A stretch of 53,425 nt of DNA, the filler included, from Catajapyx aquilonaris (Eukaryota), in assembly GCA_000934665.2 (NCBI GenBank). It is 2 parts of 2 records of this genome, joined end to end, with 100 filler letters (N's around TTAATTAATTAA, not from the genome) between each part and the next. Parts side by side here need not be neighbours in the genome. Positions count along the whole stretch, not along the records: positions 26,773 to 53,425 come from KZ539300.1; 1 more part is not named here. One strand, given 5' to 3'. Both the position numbers and the translations under genes were made by a program. This document shows, piece by piece, positions 48,493-53,425 of the stretch. Under the pieces are notes generated by a model. The model did not search any database, was not told the origin of the DNA, and worked only from the letters and a program-made list of their open reading frames with translations. Position 1 is the first letter of the stretch; every line of letters starts with the position of its first letter.

Positions 48493-49052
48493 CGTAGAAA
48501 AGGTACTTCATACTTTTTGTGGAGTACATGCTTCTCTACAACCTTTGTTTGGCACATATCCGCCAGAGAGGCATAGTTCGTTCAGAAAATACTTTCAACT
48601 CGCTTCAAGGTAGCCAACCCACAATTATGGCCCTCCAGGTCAAAAAGGGCCGTGGCGCCATATCTGGATTGGAAGAGTATGGTCTCAGATAGAGACATGC
48701 TTACCAAATTTCACCAATGCACGGCTGACTTTTTTTTCGTCCATTAATTTGGTTCAAGTCGCAGTAGCTCCGAAAATACGGTCCGTAAGTGGAAAGGTTA
48801 CTATATACTTTTTGTAGCATACATGTTTCTCCACAACATTTGTTTGGCACATATCCGCCTAAGAAGCATAGTTCGCTCAGAAAAAGACTTGTCACTCGCT
48901 TCAGTGTAGCCAACCCGCCTCCTGGGCGAAAACGGGTGTGGCGCAATATCTGAATTTGAAGAGTATGCTCTCAGGGACATTTGTACCAAATTTCATGCTT
49001 TTTTCACCAAATGCACGGTTGAGACTTTATTCGTCCCTTAACGTCCGGACCA
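48493..49052. repeat. Two diverged direct copies (~290 bp) of a DNA-transposon-like end
   Basis: ATACTTTTTGT...TTTGTTTGGCACATATCCGCC...GTAGCCAACCC...ACCAAATTTCA...TGCACGG at ~48493-48750 and ~48785-49052. Confidence 0.65.
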
Positions 49053-49844
49053 TATCCCAATTTGTACTTGAGACATTTAACGCACTTATTGTACACCCAC
49101 CTCACTTGTACTGAATTGTTTGAATAATTTAGATTTTTTCAAGCTGTATGTAAGAAGGCTAAATTGTGAGTAAGATACTTAAGTGGCCAAATTGAACAAA
49201 CTTGTGTTAACACTAGACAAACATCACCAGTGGAAATCATGGAGGACTACGTAATTTAACTCAAGTACCGTTCTTCTTTTTGTTCTTTTTCTCCAGGAGT
49301 ACTATTCAATACTGCATAGTTCTCAGGTTCCTGAGTCTAGTGATAACATAATATACTCCTACTGCTATTTTTAAGGCTGGTGAACATAACATGGAACTGT
49401 CCAGACTAAGGCGACTGTGATGTACATACTGAACGAGACTACACAAATTAAGTTCTGTATGACTGCTGTTGTCTCCCCTCCTACAGGCCATTGGCCTCGC
49501 AGGGTATAATAAATAAATAAATAAAAAATAATAATAATCCTTCTGGATCCAAGTGACAGTGGGCTCATAATAGATTACATACCGCACAGTGGGCTCAGTA
49601 ATGTCATTGCATAATATTACTAAGCACAACATTTGTCGAGACAAAATGTTACCAATCACATATGCAAGTATGATGGATCACTATAAATTAAATAACGTTT
49701 TCTTGCACAGAAACATTACGCTCTTGTATTCTACATGATTTTAAAGCATTAATTTGAAATAATGTCACCACAGCATGCACCACTTTCATTATTTATTATG
49801 ATAATATTATCATGTAGAGGACATGCTTCCCTGATTCATAGGAT

Positions 49845-51137
49845 TTAAAACCCAGATGGTTCATCCGACATTTTCTTATGGCACGGATCGGTAATTATTA
49901 CAGTCTGTGGTGTATGAATTCGCATGTGACATTTAAAAATCACCGGGTTGCGAAATGCTTTTTGGCATACCTCACAATATAGTCTCTCTCTTGTATGAGT
50001 TTGCATGTGCCATTTCAAACTACTTCGATTAGAATATTTGCTTTGGCACACCTCACAAATGAATGGCTTTTCTCCTGTATGGGTTCGCACGTGCAGTTTC
50101 AAAGTTTCTGAACAAATAAAACCTTTCTGACATACCTCACAAATGAATGGCTTTTCTCCCGTATGAAGTCGCATGTGTCTCTTCAAAGTCTCTGAACGAC
50201 TGAAACTTTTCTGACACACTTCACAAATGAATGGCTTTTCTCCTGTATGGGTTCGCATGTGCAGTTTCAAAGTCCACGAAGAACTAAAACTTTTGTGGCA
50301 CACCTCACAAATGAACGACTTTTCTCCCGTATGTGTTCGCATGTGGGCTTTCAAATTGCCTGAATGGCTCAATTTTTTCTGGCATACTTCACAAATAAAT
50401 GGTCTCTCTCCGGAATGACTACCCATATGAAATCTCAAATGGTCTGCCTTCCTAAAACATTTCTGGCACACATTACAAACGAAGGGCTTTTCTCCTGTAT
50501 GAATTTGCATCTGCTGTTTCAAACAACTTTGAGTAAGAAACTTGTTCTTGCACACCTCACAGTGAATTGGTCTCTCTCCTGCATGAATTAGTACCATATG
50601 AATTTTCAAACCCTTTGCAGAACGCAATGTCTTCAGGCAAATATGGCAGCGATGCTTTTCACCATGAGTTAACATGTGGATTTCCAATTCATGCAGAGTA
50701 CCAAACAATTTCTGGCATATTCTGCATGCATGTGGATTTCTTCTAGCGCCGCTTTCTTCCTGGATTCTGCCCTTTCCTGCTCCATCTTCAGGGGTATCTT
50801 GCACGATCTGAAATGTTAATCAAGTTTAGTCCAAAAAATTTATTAAAATTACAGTATGGTTACAAACCGTATTAGTCCTTCCGGACCCAAGTGCTAATGG
50901 GTCGTCTTCATCTTCGACTGCAGTGGGCATGGCCACCACCATCTCTTCCTCCTCCTCCTCCGCTGCCTCCTCTTTGATCTCACGCAGCGTGTCTTCCACG
51001 AAGAGCATGGCGTCCCCTTCGAAGCATCCCGGTGCCTCCTCCTTGAGACGCAGCCTCCACGTCTCCTCCACCTTGAGGTCTTCTCCTTCCTCCAGCTCCT
51101 CCTCCTCCTCCTCCTCCTTGACCCCCAACGAGGTCAT
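49845..51137 (-). CDS. C2H2 zinc-finger protein, cluster copy 7 (10 units, one degenerate, ~410 aa)
   Basis: Exons 51137-50868 (donor GTTTGT) and 50807-49845. Confidence 0.85.
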
Positions 51138-51638
51138 GGCCCTGCAGGTCACCCAATGACCTCAATCCACGTCCCAACCTTGGAGGGTCTGCCAAGAGGA
51201 ACATTCGGATGTGCCTGCCGCCCACTTCGAAACAAAAGGCCTGCCCTTCCACCCTCACACCTGAGCCCTCCTTCCCTGGACTGAGCATGCCCTGCACACC
51301 AACCCTAGTTACCTGCACTCACCCGACTGTAATTACACGTCTAATTAAACGTCATTCACTTGGAAAGTTGACTCTTCTTCTGAACATGAACTTGGCCGCC
51401 ATCTTGGATTCCGAACAGGTGACAATCGCCCAATGGGTGCCAACAGAAAATTGTTCCTATAATTACCATATAAACTTTTAATTAGGCAATTAAATGCATC
51501 ATACTTAACTCTCTATTGCAATTATCAACGTTTCCTCATTAAAATAATTGAATCTTAAATATCTGCTAATAACGTTTCGAACCCGGGGAATTCAAACTAC
51601 TGGTGGTTCTCAACTGTTCCATTGATCTTTATTTATTA

Positions 51639-53425
51639 CTAGCAGGATACCCGGCGTTGCTCGGGTTATGAAAGACTTTTCCACAGGAGTAACTTATATT
51701 ACTTTATTATTGATTTGGTAGTTACCTTTGTAATAATTATGGCTATACCATGTTGGCATACCTGTAACATGGAGCCTGTAACATGCATGTGCATGAGGTC
51801 AAAACAACGCACTGCGGATGTCGGATTGTAAGAAAATACACAATATACACCTTCAAAATCCAGCAAAAGTATGTCATGAAAAATTGAAGGTTGTGCAGTA
51901 AATGTAGAAGTAAATGTATGTGTAGAAGCTCCAACATAGCAGAGCTTAGAATCTGGCATCCGTATAATGTGTTGTTTGGATTGATGCACATGCAATATTT
52001 GGTATGGCCAATTTTACGTTCATAATTGCATAGATGCAGCGTGTTGTCGTGAAGCTTCAACACAATATCCCTCTGACCACTCATGATCACAGCAGCATGC
52101 AGTCTCATTGCAAGAAGGTTGAGTGAGTCGACCACGATGCTCACCTTGTGGTCGCTTGTCTGCATCTATAACCAACTCAAATTCCAGAGAAGGAGGACTC
52201 TCATTTCTCTCAAGTGCAAGTTTGATGCTTTTGACGTAAACGTGTGAGTGGAATGGATCATCTCCTGAAGTTGCAATATGATGTCGAGGCGTGTGCCGTT
52301 TAAGTAGGTGCAACGGTATTCCGCCTGCTGTTGCATGTTCCCCACGAAGTAAAGCTGCAGAAACCGTGGAATCTCATTTTCTGAAGGAAGGAGTGATCCC
52401 ATGCGATGGTAAATTTGCCCTTGCACTTTGAATGTAGGCATGAAGCCCTCTTCTCTAACAACGTTGGCCCCAAAAGATGTCATCTGGAAGGCCGAGTTGT
52501 AATAAATTTCCGATGGTCTTCAGGAAATGTTCTGAATTATTAGGTGATGTACTATTGGGTTCAAATACTTTTGGCCACTTTCTCCTGGTCTTGAAGCAAC
52601 CCTTCGCACAGCCCGACGTTAAGGAGGTGTGTGTATGTGAAGGGTTGCTTCTAGACCAGGATAAAGTGGCCAAAAGTATTGGAACCCGATAGTACCTAAG
52701 AGGAGCATTTTAAGTAGCTGTGGAGGCTCAGCCAGGAGAGGAAGGAAGGCTAACCTTTATTCCATTGGAGCAATAACAGATCGATTTTGTTTCACCCTTC
52801 CACTTCTTTGCCTGACATTGTTGGCATACCCCTGACATAGAACCAATTGCAACAACATTGACAGAAGAATAGTCCATGTCTGTTGTGGAGTAGTTGGAAA
52901 GCGGCATTTAGGAGGCGGGTTGATGAAAATGGAGCAAATCTCCGGCTGATGGCCGCGTTTCTCAAAGAGTGGAGTCTTGCTGGCTTGGTTTTCTTCAGCA
53001 GACTCATTTTGTCTGCAGGCGGAGTGTCTGGCGACATCAGCACTGAGACGGGCCTGACGTTCCACCTCACTCTCCTGCTCTCTTTTTCTCGAATAGCTGG
53101 TAGCTTTATCACTCAGACGTTCCTGATGGTGTTCTATCACTGTTCTATTCCTCAGTCTCCCGGTCCCTCCTTTGCCGAACTCTGCGTGTATCCGATGAGC
53201 TTCATCTGCCAATGGCTGCTACTACCTTTTTTGTTTGGCCCATCTTAAAGTGGGTGGGTTGATGATATTGATAATGCACACAGGTAGGGTGCAGGGACAA
53301 AACCCCCGTTTATTTCGAAGGAACGCTGTTGCCGTGGCAAAGGTATTTTTTTTAAAAATGTGTTTGTATAAAATGAAATGTCGAAAGTTTAATGAAGGGG
53401 GGATGGTGGCAGGGAGGGAGTGGGT
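51639..53425 (-). mobile_element. Helitron (internally deleted, disrupted Rep/Hel N-terminal region); 5' end not located in the window
   Basis: FQMTSFGANVVREEGFMPTFKVQGQIYHRMGSLLP..PRFLQLYF (52166-52490) and VIDADKRPQGEHRGR are Helitron helicase-associated N-terminal motifs. 3' hairpin CCCGAGCAACGCCGGG then CTAG|T at 51639. Confidence 0.9.

Overview
Eukaryotic, probably insect, genomic DNA (inferred from gene content, short GT-AG introns, DRE elements and TE types). A 100-bp artificial spacer (44 N + TTAATTAATTAA + 44 N, 26673-26772) splits it into two halves that may not be adjacent in the genome. The left half is a compact gene neighbourhood: mRNA capping enzyme RNGTT (-), a testis-specific Ser/Thr kinase (+), RPS25 (-), zinc transporter ZnT7/SLC30A7 (+) and the 3' part of ABCD4 (-), with many MITEs and SINEs. 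The right half is a tandem array of seven co-oriented two-exon C2H2 zinc-finger genes (-). Each has its own conserved promoter, a conserved ~85-aa acidic N-terminal exon rich in SUMO-type psi-K-x-E motifs, and a variable finger exon of 6-11 units. Between them lie Kolobok-like, Tc1/mariner, Helitron, SINE and LINE insertions and an orphan COMMD5 COMM-domain ORF. Best candidates for new biology: (1) the KRAB/FiNZ-like architecture of the ZNF cluster, (2) a 105-codon in-frame extension behind a leaky UGA-C stop in ZnT7, (3) a transposon TIR supplying the stop codon of one ZNF, (4) the COMM-only ORF. Exon boundaries were read by hand, and family assignments rest on recalled motifs, not database searches.
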